DNA of 64,000 bases from contig DATCDN010000138.1 in NCBI GenBank assembly GCA_036510675.1, forward strand, positions 109,199-173,198. Reading direction: 5' to 3'. Source of the stretch: Stellaceae bacterium (GTDB lineage: Bacteria > Pseudomonadota > Alphaproteobacteria > ATCC43930 > CGMCC-115725). The translations under genes and the position numbers were made by a program. The notes beneath the pieces were generated by a model that made no database searches, was not told where the DNA came from, and saw nothing but the letters and a program-made list of their open reading frames with translations. Each line of letters opens with the position of its first letter. Positions within the stretch are counted from its first letter, which is position 1. Shown piece after piece: positions 56,068 through 64,000 of this stretch.

Positions 56068-58407
56068 ATGGATGACAGCAACGCACTCGCCTTGATGAAA
56101 TTCGGCATCGGCCAGCCGGTGTCGCGCACCGAAGACCCGAAATTATTGAAGGGCGAAGGCCGCTATACCGACGATTTGAATTTCCCCGGCCAGGTCTATG
56201 CGGTGATGGTGCGCAGCCCCTATGCGCACGGCATCATCAAGAGCCTCGACACCGCCGCGGCGAAGACGATGCCCGGCGTGCTGGGCGTTTATATCTGGGA
56301 CGATCTGGCCAAGGCCGGCATCGGCATGACCAAGGCGCCGACCATGATCCCCAATCGCGACGGCTCGCCGGTCAAGCTGAAGCCGCGCCCCGCCCTCGCG
56401 TCGGGCAAGGTGCGTTACGCCGGCGAGGCGGTCGCCTGCGTCGTCGCCGCCACCATCGCGCAAGCCAAGGACGCGGTCGAAACTGTGGTCCTCGATATCG
56501 AGCAACTACCCGCCGTCACCGGCATCGCGGAGGCGATCGCGCCCGGCGCGCCGCTGGTGCATGACGAGGCGCCGGGGAATATCGCGCTCGATTTTCATTA
56601 CGGCGACACGGAGGCGGTGAACGCCGCCTTTGCCAGGGCCGCCCATGTCACCACGCTGATGCCGAAGAGCCAGCGCATCGTCGTCAACCCGATGGAGCCG
56701 CGCGCCGCCATCGCCGAGTTCAGGGATGGCCGCTACATCCTCAATGTCTGCTCGCAAGGCGTGTTCGGCCTGCGCCAGAGTCTCGCCGGCGACATCCTCC
56801 AAGTGCCGCCTAAGCAGGTGCAGGTGCTGACCGGCAATGTCGGCGGCTCGTTCGGCATGAAGATCATCGCCTATCCCGAATACATCGCCGCGATCCACGC
56901 CGCGAAGCAACTGGGCCGGCCAGTGAAGTGGACCGACGATCGCAGCGGCGCCTTCGTCTCCGACAATCACGGCCGCGATCATGAGGTGACGGCAGAACTC
57001 GCCCTCGACCGGGAGGGTAATTTTCTCGCCGTGCGCCTCAGCGGCCACGGCAATTACGGCGCCTTTCTCGGCCTGCCGCTGCAGGTCACCACCAACGCGG
57101 TGAAGAATGTCATCGGCGTCTATCGCACGCCGCTGGTCGAGGTCTCGACCAAATGCGTCCTGACCAACGCGACGCCGGTCGGCGCCTATCGCGGCGCCGG
57201 GCGGCCCGAGGGCAATTATTATATGGAGCGGCTGGTGACGCTGGCCGCGCTGGAAATGGGCATCGACCCGCTCGCGCTGCGCCGTCGCAATCACATCCAG
57301 CCGTCGCAGATTCCCTATAAGACACCGTCGAATCTTATCTATGACAGCGGCGATTATCCGGCGCTGCTGACGGAAGGCATCGACGCCGCCGACTGGAACG
57401 GTTTCGCCGCGCGCCGCGCCGACAGCGAGAAGCGCGGCAAGCTGCGCGGCCGCGGCATCGGTCACTATCTCGAAGTGACGGCACCACCGGGCAAGGAAAT
57501 GGGCGGCATCCGGTTCGAGACCAATGGCGACGTCACGATCATCACCGGCACGCTCGATTACGGCCAGGGCCACGCCGCGCCCTTCGCGCAGGTGCTGGTC
57601 GAAAAGCTCGGCATTCCCTTCCACCGCATCCGGCTGCTGCAGGGCGACAGCGACGAGTTGCTGTTCGGCGGCGGCACCGGCGGCTCGCGCTCGATCATGT
57701 CGAGCGGCACCGCCATCGTGCAGGCCAGCGACCAGGTGATCGACAAGGGCAAGCAGCTCGCCGGCCATTTCCTCGAGGCGGCGGTCGCCGATATCGAATT
57801 CGCGGGCGGGCGCTTCACCATCGCCGGTACCGATCGTGCCATCGGCATCATGGAACTGAACGAGCGCCTGCGCGCCGCATCGACCCTGCCGGAGGGCCTG
57901 CCGAGCTCGCTCGATGTCTCGCTGGTGGCGGACACGCCGCCTTCGGCCTTCCCCAATGGCTGTCACGTCTGCGAGGTCGAGATCGACCCCGAGACCGGGG
58001 TGGTGCAGATCGCGCGCTATCACATGGTCGATGATTTCGGCGTCATCGTGAATCCGCTGATGGTCGAGGGCCAGGTCCATGGCGGCGTCGTCCAGGGTAT
58101 CGGCCAAGCGCTGATGGAGATGACGCGCTATGACAGCGCGGGTCAGCTCCTGACCGGCTCGTTCATGGATTACGCCATGCCCCGCGCAGGCGACGTGCCG
58201 AGCTTCTCCTTCCACAGCCATCCGGTGCCGGCCAACAGCAATATCCTCGGCGTCAAGGGATGCGGCGAGGCTGGCTGTTCGGGCTCGCTGCCCGCGGTGA
58301 TGAACGCGGTGGTCGATGCGCTGTCGGTCTTTGGGATCAGGCATATCGACATGCCCGCCTCCCCGCATCGGGTCTGGCAGGCGATCCGGGACGCACGACG
58401 CGCCTGA
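56068..58407 (+). CDS. second xanthine dehydrogenase family molybdopterin-binding large subunit (CoxL-like paralogue)
   Basis: 779 aa. The N-terminus is GIGQPVSRTEDPKLLKGEGRYTDDL, and the active-site loop reads GAYRGAGRPEGNYYMERL. The C-terminus has KGCGEAGCSGSLPAVMNAV. It is collinear with the 51822 gene. Confidence 0.85.
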   Translation: MDDSNALALMKFGIGQPVSRTEDPKLLKGEGRYTDDLNFPGQVYAVMVRSPYAHGIIKSLDTAAAKTMPGVLGVYIWDDLAKAGIGMTKAPTMIPNRDGSPVKLKPRPALASGKVRYAGEAVACVVAATIAQAKDAVETVVLDIEQLPAVTGIAEAIAPGAPLVHDEAPGNIALDFHYGDTEAVNAAFARAAHVTTLMPKSQRIVVNPMEPRAAIAEFRDGRYILNVCSQGVFGLRQSLAGDILQVPPKQVQVLTGNVGGSFGMKIIAYPEYIAAIHAAKQLGRPVKWTDDRSGAFVSDNHGRDHEVTAELALDREGNFLAVRLSGHGNYGAFLGLPLQVTTNAVKNVIGVYRTPLVEVSTKCVLTNATPVGAYRGAGRPEGNYYMERLVTLAALEMGIDPLALRRRNHIQPSQIPYKTPSNLIYDSGDYPALLTEGIDAADWNGFAARRADSEKRGKLRGRGIGHYLEVTAPPGKEMGGIRFETNGDVTIITGTLDYGQGHAAPFAQVLVEKLGIPFHRIRLLQGDSDELLFGGGTGGSRSIMSSGTAIVQASDQVIDKGKQLAGHFLEAAVADIEFAGGRFTIAGTDRAIGIMELNERLRAASTLPEGLPSSLDVSLVADTPPSAFPNGCHVCEVEIDPETGVVQIARYHMVDDFGVIVNPLMVEGQVHGGVVQGIGQALMEMTRYDSAGQLLTGSFMDYAMPRAGDVPSFSFHSHPVPANSNILGVKGCGEAGCSGSLPAVMNAVVDALSVFGIRHIDMPASPHRVWQAIRDARRA

Positions 58408-58415
58408 CGGCCTCG

Positions 58416-58841
58416 CTAGGAAATCACGCGCAGCGACCGCACGCGGGAAAAGTCGCGATCATGGGTCACGAGGGCGGCCGCATTGATTGCCAAAGCACTC
58501 GCAACTTGAAGCGCATCGGGGAGCTTCAGCCGCAGCGAGGCGCGCAATCGCGCCGCACTTTCGGCGATGTCGATGGTGAGGTTGACGAATTCCCAGGAAG
58601 CGATCGCTGCCCGGTAACGCTCCATCAGGGCTTCATCGCCGACTTGAAGTGGACCGGTCAGGACTTCGGTGATGGTTATCGGCGTGACGGCAAACCGAAG
58701 GCGGCCCTCGCGCTGCGCCACGAAGAATGGCCGGAACCGCGGCGCGAAATTGGGATGCTTCTCAAAGATATAAATAATCGGCGCGGAATCCAACAGAAGG
58801 AGCGCGTCCTCCGGCAAATCATCGGGACCTAGCGGTCCCAT
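58416..58841 (-). CDS. vapC: PIN-domain toxin (VapC-like)
   Basis: 141 aa. The N-terminal LLLDSAPIIY carries the first PIN acidic residue. The C-terminus reads DALQVASALAINAAALVTHDRDF. Confidence 0.75.
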   Translation of the reverse strand: MGPLGPDDLPEDALLLLDSAPIIYIFEKHPNFAPRFRPFFVAQREGRLRFAVTPITITEVLTGPLQVGDEALMERYRAAIASWEFVNLTIDIAESAARLRASLRLKLPDALQVASALAINAAALVTHDRDFSRVRSLRVIS

Positions 58842-59080
58842 TCGTCGCGCATTTTGCGAATCGTCTCCGTGCTATCGTCGCCCCACAAGCCTCGACCCGA
58901 CCCCTCAAGATCCAGGATCGAAAGCTGACGTGCCGACCGTACATAATCCTTCATCGGCACGAGCGCCGCCACTGGCTTGCCATGCCGGGTAATGACCGTC
59001 GATTGGCCTTTCTCGGCGGCATCGAGCAGGTCGGGAAGCTGGTTGCGCGCTTCCTCCGCGCCCTTACGCAGGGTGTCCAT
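58829..59080 (-). CDS. Phd/YefM-type antitoxin paired with the PIN toxin
   Basis: 83 aa from the ATG at 59080. ARNQLPDLLDAAEKGQSTVITRHGKPVAALVPMKDY is the Phd/YefM signature. It overlaps the vapC start by 13 nt. It lies inside a long spurious ORF (58829..60313). Confidence 0.75.
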   Translation of the reverse strand: MDTLRKGAEEARNQLPDLLDAAEKGQSTVITRHGKPVAALVPMKDYVRSARQLSILDLEGSGRGLWGDDSTETIRKMRDEWDR

Positions 59081-59233
59081 GATGGGACTGTACAGCACCG
59101 TACAGGTTGCGTCAAATCCGGGCCACGACAAGCCCTCGTCCGACGCGCCGGAACCATGGAATGCGCGCTTGAAGCGGGCGTGAAAGCCCCGTAACGTCCG
59201 CGCCGCAACGATAATATATTTAGTGGAGCGCCC

Positions 59234-60325
59234 ATGAAGGCCGCCTTGTTCTCTCCCGTCGCCTATCAGGGCACCGCGTCCCCCGGCTGGCCCGTCCCCG
59301 CCGATGTCTATTCCCAGGAAGCGGCCGCCCATTCCTTTAGCAGCGCGATCGAGCGGTTCCGCCTCGCCGACGAGATCGGCTTCGACTGGGTGACGGTGGC
59401 CGAGCATCATTTCTCGCCGTTTTCGCTGACGCCCAATCCGATGCTGTTGGCCGGCGCGCTGACCCAGGTGGTGAAGCGGGCCAAGATCGCGGTGCTGGGC
59501 CCGACCCTGCCGATGCTCAACCCGGTGCGCGTCGCCGAGGAATTCGCGATGCTCGACACCATCACCGGCGGCCGGGTGATCGCGGGCCTGATGCGCGGCA
59601 CGCCCAACGAATATGTCACCTACAACATCAATCCCGAGGAATCGCGCGCGCGGTTTCAGGAGGCGCTGCAATTGCTGCGCATGGCGTGGACCGAGCCGCA
59701 GCCCTTCGGCTGGCAGGGGCGGCACTATGAATTCCGCGCCATCTCGGTGTGGCCGCGCCCGGTACAGAAACCGCATCCGCCGATCTATATGTCGGGCTCC
59801 AGTCCGGAATCGGGCGAGTTCGCGGCCAAGAACCAGGTCGGCCTCGGCTTCGCGGTGACGACGATTCCGCTGGCGACCAAGGCCGCCGCATATTACCGCG
59901 AACAAGCCAATATCGCGGGATGGACGCCGACGCCGAACGACATCATCTATCGCTGCGGCATCCATGTCGCCGATACCGACGATCAGGCGCAGGCGGACAT
60001 GGCGAACTTGCCGGCGCAGCGGCGGTTTTCGATCTCCAATCCCGCGCTCGAGCAGGCGGTGGCCGGCACCTCCTATTACGGCCGCGATTTCGAGGCGCAG
60101 CGCGGCCGCGTCGGCCGACCGGGCGCGATCAAGGACGCGGTCGAGAACGGGCAGATTCTGCTCGGTTCGCCCGCGACGGTGATGACGCAGATCGGCCGCA
60201 TCCGCGACGAGATCGGCGCCGGCATTCTCGACCTGATCTTCATGCATCCGACCGATGACAAGGCACGCCACGCCATCGAACTGTTCGGCGCCAAGGTGCT
60301 GCCGCGCCTCCACGAAATGGAATAA
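59234..60325 (+). CDS. LLM-class (luciferase-like) flavin-dependent oxidoreductase
   Basis: 363 aa with DEIGFDWVTVAEHHFSP and RVAEEFAMLDTITGGRVIAG. Confidence 0.8.
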   Translation: MKAALFSPVAYQGTASPGWPVPADVYSQEAAAHSFSSAIERFRLADEIGFDWVTVAEHHFSPFSLTPNPMLLAGALTQVVKRAKIAVLGPTLPMLNPVRVAEEFAMLDTITGGRVIAGLMRGTPNEYVTYNINPEESRARFQEALQLLRMAWTEPQPFGWQGRHYEFRAISVWPRPVQKPHPPIYMSGSSPESGEFAAKNQVGLGFAVTTIPLATKAAAYYREQANIAGWTPTPNDIIYRCGIHVADTDDQAQADMANLPAQRRFSISNPALEQAVAGTSYYGRDFEAQRGRVGRPGAIKDAVENGQILLGSPATVMTQIGRIRDEIGAGILDLIFMHPTDDKARHAIELFGAKVLPRLHEME

Positions 60326-60330
60326 GTGAC

Positions 60331-61113
60331 ATGAGTTTTCAGGAGCATTACGTCGAGGCGGACGGATTTCGCATCCGCTATCTCGAAGCCGGCCAGGGCG
60401 AGCCTTTGGTGTTTTTCCATGGCGGAGGCGGCGTTCATCTTTCCAAGATGCACGACATGCTCGCCGCGAAGCGCCGCATCATCGCGTTCGAAGTGCCGGG
60501 CTTCGGCGACTCACCGGTCAACACCCGCACCCAATCGATGGCGGAGCTGGCCACGACCATGGGCGCGGCCGTCGCCGCGCTCGGCATCGACAAGTTCGCG
60601 GTGATGGGCATTTCCTTCGGCGGCAAGCTGGCGCTGTGGACCACGATCCTGCATCCGGAGAAAATCACGGCGGCGGTGCTGATCGCGCCGGCGGCCATTC
60701 GTCCCGAGAATGCGGTGCCGCCGAGTTCGCCAGCGGAAATGCGCGCCATCATGTACGCCCATCCCGAGCGCATCCCCGCCGGGCCGCCGCCGAATCCCGA
60801 GGCGATGAAGAAAAACATGGGCTTCGCCATGCGCATCATCGGCCCCGGACGCGACACCGAGATGGAGGCGCGGATGGCTGATACCAAGGTGCCGGTGCTG
60901 GTGCTGATGGGCACCGCCGACCGGCTGATTCCGCCGGCGATGGGCCGGCACTATCGCGAGAAGCTGCCCGATTGCCATGTCGTGATGGTCTATGACGCCG
61001 CCCATGCGGTCGACACCGACCGGCCCGAAGCCTGCTTCGCGGTAGTCGATGATTTCCTGATGCGTCAGGGTAAATTCGTCGTCAGCAACGAGAACGGCGT
61101 CATTTTTCCTTAA
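60331..61113 (+). CDS. alpha/beta hydrolase
   Basis: 260 aa. The oxyanion motif is FFHGGGG, the nucleophile elbow is GISFGG and the C-terminal His region is YDAAHAV. Confidence 0.8.
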   Translation: MSFQEHYVEADGFRIRYLEAGQGEPLVFFHGGGGVHLSKMHDMLAAKRRIIAFEVPGFGDSPVNTRTQSMAELATTMGAAVAALGIDKFAVMGISFGGKLALWTTILHPEKITAAVLIAPAAIRPENAVPPSSPAEMRAIMYAHPERIPAGPPPNPEAMKKNMGFAMRIIGPGRDTEMEARMADTKVPVLVLMGTADRLIPPAMGRHYREKLPDCHVVMVYDAAHAVDTDRPEACFAVVDDFLMRQGKFVVSNENGVIFP

Positions 61114-61140
61114 GCGCCGCCCGGCAAAGCTCCCATGCGT

Positions 61141-61250
61141 GCTTCGAGACGCGCGCGGCGCGCGCTCCTCGGCATGAGGAGCTTGGGAAAACGGCAGTAA
61201 GAAAAACCCTCATCCCGAGGAGCGGTCCGTGGTTCGACTGCTCGTCGAGC
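61141..61250. repeat. REP-like palindromic element A
   Basis: The inner inverted repeat is CGCTCCTCGGCATGAGG (61163-61179) / CCTCATCCCGAGGAGCG (61208-61224), 16 of 17 complementary, with a 28-nt loop. It shares the 11-mer TCGACTGCTCG (61234-61244) with element B. Confidence 0.8.
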
Positions 61251-61287
61251 ATATAGTTCGCGGCGACGTCGGCGGCGGCTTCGGGCG

Positions 61288-61386
61288 CGCGATCTTGGTC
61301 GCGGCGGGAATTATCCGCGCCTCGTTCCGCAGCCCGTCGCGCGGCCCGACCTCAACCAGGCGCACATACCGGGGCAACGCCGCCAT
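61288..61386 (-). pseudogene. 5' remnant of hydroxymethylglutaryl-CoA lyase (liuE/hmgL), about 33 codons
   Basis: The ATG directly follows the mccA TGA (TGAATG). MAALPRYVRLVEVGPRDGLRNEARIIPAATKIA matches the conserved HMGL N-terminus (V+IVEVGPRDGLQNE). The similarity then stops, and the frame runs as a Pro/Ser/Thr-rich stretch with no HMGL similarity to a TGA at 61210-61212, inside REP-like element A. Confidence 0.7.
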
Positions 61387-63288
61387 TCAACCCGCCGCCG
61401 GGGTGAAGCCGATCAGCACGGCGCCTTCATCGACCAGTTCGCCCACCGCATAATTGATGGCATCGACAATGCCGTCGGCCGGGGCGGCGATGGTGTGCTC
61501 CATCTTCATCGCTTCCAAGATAAGGATCGGCTGGCCGCGTTTCACCGTCTCCCCCGAGCGCGCCAGCACCTGCACGATCTTGCCCGGCATCGGCGCGGTA
61601 AGCCGCCCGCCCGCCGCCGCGACATCCGCGCGGTCGGCCCAGGGATCGACATAGTCGAGCTGCCACGAGCCGTTGCCGTCGATGACGGTGAAGCGGCTGC
61701 CGATTCTCACGACGTCAATTTCGTCCGCCACTCGCGGCATGGCGATGTCGCCGTCGCGGATCGAGACAACCCGCTCGCCGTCGCCCTCTCGCCAGCCGAT
61801 TTCCCGCGCGACCGGACCGTCCAGCCGCCAGCCGTCGCGCATCGCCCAGGGCGAGTGCGGGTCGCCGCTGGCCGCCGGCTTCTCGTCGGCGATCAGGGCG
61901 CGGCTCGCCGCGAGATAGGCAGCTTCCGGCGCGGCGGGCGCGGCCAGCGCGATGCGATGGCGCGGGATGAAGCCGGTATCGACGGCGCCGTCGATGAAAT
62001 CGGGCTGACGCGTCAGCCGCAACAGGAAATCGCGATTGGTGGTCACGCCGGCGATCCGGTATTGCGACAATCCGTCGGCGAGGCGATGGATCGCGGCCGC
62101 GCGATCCGCGCCCCAGGCCACCAGCTTGGCGATCATCGGGTCATAGAACGGCGTCACCCGATCGCCTTCGCGCACCCCCGTTTCGATGCGCAGATCGGGC
62201 GCGGGTGGCGGCGCGCGCAATCGCACCAGTGTTCCGGTGGCGGGCAGGAAGTCGCGCTCGGGATCCTCGGCGTAGACGCGCGCCTCGACGGCATGGCCCC
62301 GCGCGGTGATTTGGTCCTGTTCCAGCGGCAGCGCCTCGCCCGCCGCCACGCGCAATTGCCACTCGACCAGATCGAGGCCGGTGATCATCTCCGTCACCGG
62401 ATGCTCGACCTGGAGGCGCGTGTTCATTTCCATGAAATAGAAATCGGTGCCCTCGACGATGAACTCGATGGTGCCGGCATTGACATAGCGCACCGCGCGC
62501 GCGGCGGTCACGGCGGCCTCGTGCAGCGCGCGCCGCATGCTGGGGTCGAGGGCGAACGCGGGCGCCTCCTCGATCACCTTTTGATGGCGACGCTGCACCG
62601 AACAATCGCGCTCGTGCAGGTGGACGACATTATTGAAGCGGTCGCCGAACACCTGCACCTCGATATGGCGCGGCCGCTCCAGATATTTTTCGATCAGCAC
62701 CCGGTCGTCGCCGAACGCCGACAGCGCTTCGCGTTGGGCGCCCGCCAGCGCGGCCGCGAGTTCGCCCGGCCGCTCGACCACCCGCATGCCCTTGCCGCCG
62801 CCGCCGGCCCAGGCCTTGATCAGCACCGGATAGCCGATCTGTCGTGCCGCATCGGCGAGGCGCTCGGGATGCTGATCGTCGCCATGATAGCCGGGCACCA
62901 CCGGCACCCCGGCGAGTTCCATCAATTGCTTGGCCGCCGCCTTCGAGCCCATGGCCCGGATCGCGTCCGCCGAGGGACCGACAAAGACCAGCCCGGCTGT
63001 CGCGACCGCCGCCGCGAAATCGGCATTCTCGGCCAGGAAGCCATAGCCGGGATGGACCGCCCGCGCGCCCATCTGGCGTGCCGCGTCGATGATCGCCGCG
63101 CCATTGAGATAGGAGTCGCGCGGTGCCGCCGGGCCGATGCGAACCGCCTCGTCGGCGTCGCGCACATGCAACGCGTCGGCATCGGCATCGGAATAGACCG
63201 CGACCGTGGCGATGCCCATTCGGCGCGCTGTGCGGATCACCCGACACGCGATCTCGCCGCGATTGGCGATCAGCAGTTTTTGGAACAT
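61387..63288 (-). CDS. mccA: 3-methylcrotonyl-CoA carboxylase alpha subunit (biotin carboxylase plus BCCP domain)
   Basis: 633 aa. The N-terminus is MFQKLLIANRGEIACRVIRTA. It has an ATP-grasp domain and the biotinylation motif EAMKMEH. It lies between a hydratase gene and an HMGL remnant, which is liu-operon context. Confidence 0.8.
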   Translation of the reverse strand: MFQKLLIANRGEIACRVIRTARRMGIATVAVYSDADADALHVRDADEAVRIGPAAPRDSYLNGAAIIDAARQMGARAVHPGYGFLAENADFAAAVATAGLVFVGPSADAIRAMGSKAAAKQLMELAGVPVVPGYHGDDQHPERLADAARQIGYPVLIKAWAGGGGKGMRVVERPGELAAALAGAQREALSAFGDDRVLIEKYLERPRHIEVQVFGDRFNNVVHLHERDCSVQRRHQKVIEEAPAFALDPSMRRALHEAAVTAARAVRYVNAGTIEFIVEGTDFYFMEMNTRLQVEHPVTEMITGLDLVEWQLRVAAGEALPLEQDQITARGHAVEARVYAEDPERDFLPATGTLVRLRAPPPAPDLRIETGVREGDRVTPFYDPMIAKLVAWGADRAAAIHRLADGLSQYRIAGVTTNRDFLLRLTRQPDFIDGAVDTGFIPRHRIALAAPAAPEAAYLAASRALIADEKPAASGDPHSPWAMRDGWRLDGPVAREIGWREGDGERVVSIRDGDIAMPRVADEIDVVRIGSRFTVIDGNGSWQLDYVDPWADRADVAAAGGRLTAPMPGKIVQVLARSGETVKRGQPILILEAMKMEHTIAAPADGIVDAINYAVGELVDEGAVLIGFTPAAG

Positions 63289-63306
63289 GCGATCATGTTG
63301 GAAATT

Positions 63307-63446
63307 CGTTCGTGCGTCCCTCGACTGCTCGCGCCGCTGACGCGGCGCTCCGCGCTCGGGATGAGGATTTTTCTTCGTGCCATCAAAATTTCACCTCATC
63401 CTGAGCACGCAGCCCCGATGAAATCGGGGCGAGTAGTCGAAGAACG
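63307..63446. repeat. REP-like palindromic element B (multi-hairpin)
   Basis: The inner inverted repeat is GCTCGGGATGAGG (63354-63366) / CCTCATCCTGAGC (63394-63406), with a 27-nt loop. The outer arms are 63307-63332 / 63429-63446. Side hairpins lie at 63333-63348 and 63412-63428. Confidence 0.8.
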
Positions 63447-63463
63447 CAATTGTTCCGGCAGCG

Positions 63464-64000
63464 CTATGGCCGCCACGCGGGCTTGCGCTTCTCCAGGAAG
63501 GCCGTCGTCCCTTCGCGCCCCTCGGCGCCGGCGCGCGCATCGGCGCTGGCCTTGGAGGTATCGCGCAAGACCTCATCATCGACATCGCGATTGGCGAGAT
63601 CGATGGCGAGCCGCTTCGACACCGCCTGCGCCCGCGCGCCGCCCTCGAGCAGCATCGCGACGAATTTCTCCACCAGCGTATCGAGCTCGGCGCGCGGCAC
63701 GATCTCGTGGATCAGGCCGATGCGCCGCGCCTCGTCCGCCGCGATGCGCTCGGCGGTCTGGAACAAGCGGCGCGACGCGCGCGATCCGATGGCCGCGACG
63801 AGATAGGGGCCGATGGTGCCCGGCACCAGACCGAAACGCACTTCGCTGACGGCGAATACCGCCTCGGTCGCGGCGATGGCGATGTCGCAGCACGCGATCA
63901 ACCCGACGCCGCCGGCGAACGCCGCGCCATTGACGCGCGCGACGGTGGGCTTCGGAAATTCGTTCAGCCGCCGCAGCATCGTGGCGAGGCCCATCGCGTC
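63464..64000 (-). CDS. enoyl-CoA hydratase/isomerase family protein (probable methylglutaconyl-CoA hydratase), N-terminus beyond the window
   Basis: KPTVARVNGAAFAGGVGLIACCDIAIA and FAVSEVRFGLVPG are crotonase motifs. The frame is open to the window end. Confidence 0.8.
   Translation of the reverse strand, partial: DAMGLATMLRRLNEFPKPTVARVNGAAFAGGVGLIACCDIAIAATEAVFAVSEVRFGLVPGTIGPYLVAAIGSRASRRLFQTAERIAADEARRIGLIHEIVPRAELDTLVEKFVAMLLEGGARAQAVSKRLAIDLANRDVDDEVLRDTSKASADARAGAEGREGTTAFLEKRKPAWRP

Noticed and set aside
61229-61453. The tracked 74-aa plus-strand ORF downstream of the hydrolase gene.
   Set aside because: It has no SD or family signal and overlaps the mccA 3' end. The opposite strand carries the recognisable HMG-CoA lyase N-terminal remnant.

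Overview
This is a high-GC alphaproteobacterial chromosomal segment; the proteins look Rhodospirillales/Acetobacteraceae-like, but lineage confidence is low. It is densely coding, with about 66 CDS, and most of it is core metabolism or regulation.

Main gene content, in order:
- rpoH (5' end cut by the window), nadK, moaA and mobA.
- All four CtrA cell-cycle phosphorelay genes in one 5-kb block (chpT, ctrA, sciP, cckA), with dksA among them.
- A PBP1A-type penicillin-binding protein.
- pstCAB-phoU-phoB without pstS. phoR lies 5.6 kb away and overlaps the maeB stop codon.
- A MarR-linked module of cupin dioxygenases.
- An ECF-sigma stress island.
- pheA, kdsB and hisN.
- yejABEF, malate synthase and a Cu-type P-type ATPase.
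- Two CoxL-like molybdoenzyme large subunits flanking phaZ.
- A VapBC pair.
- The 3' part of a leucine-catabolism (liu) operon.

I found no rRNA, tRNA, CRISPR array, transposase or integrase.

The most unusual signal is a family of inverted arrays of 7-nt repeats: CAGTNNT on one arm and ANNACTG on the other, about 53 units at three loci.
- Two loci are cargo-less hairpins: 9261-9462 and 27617-27749.
- The third (42234-42646) brackets a 119-aa four-helix-bundle ORF of the 23S-rRNA-IVS / DGR-Avd fold family. It sits between the permease gene yejE and the ATPase gene yejF.
- The yejF start codon lies inside a perfectly duplicated 14-nt piece of the repeat arm.

I read this as a hairpin-bracketed insertion cassette plus MITE-like empty derivatives. 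Its topology resembles an rRNA intervening sequence, but it sits in mRNA/intergenic contexts.

Secondary observations:
- A truncated HMG-CoA lyase (liuE) remnant abuts a REP-like palindrome.
- Other composite palindromic intergenic elements are present.
- The two CoxL-like genes have no small- or medium-subunit genes nearby.
- A TAXI-type binding protein lacks a signal peptide.
- The ECF sigma has no recognisable anti-sigma factor.

All family assignments come from reading motifs by eye. No searches were run.
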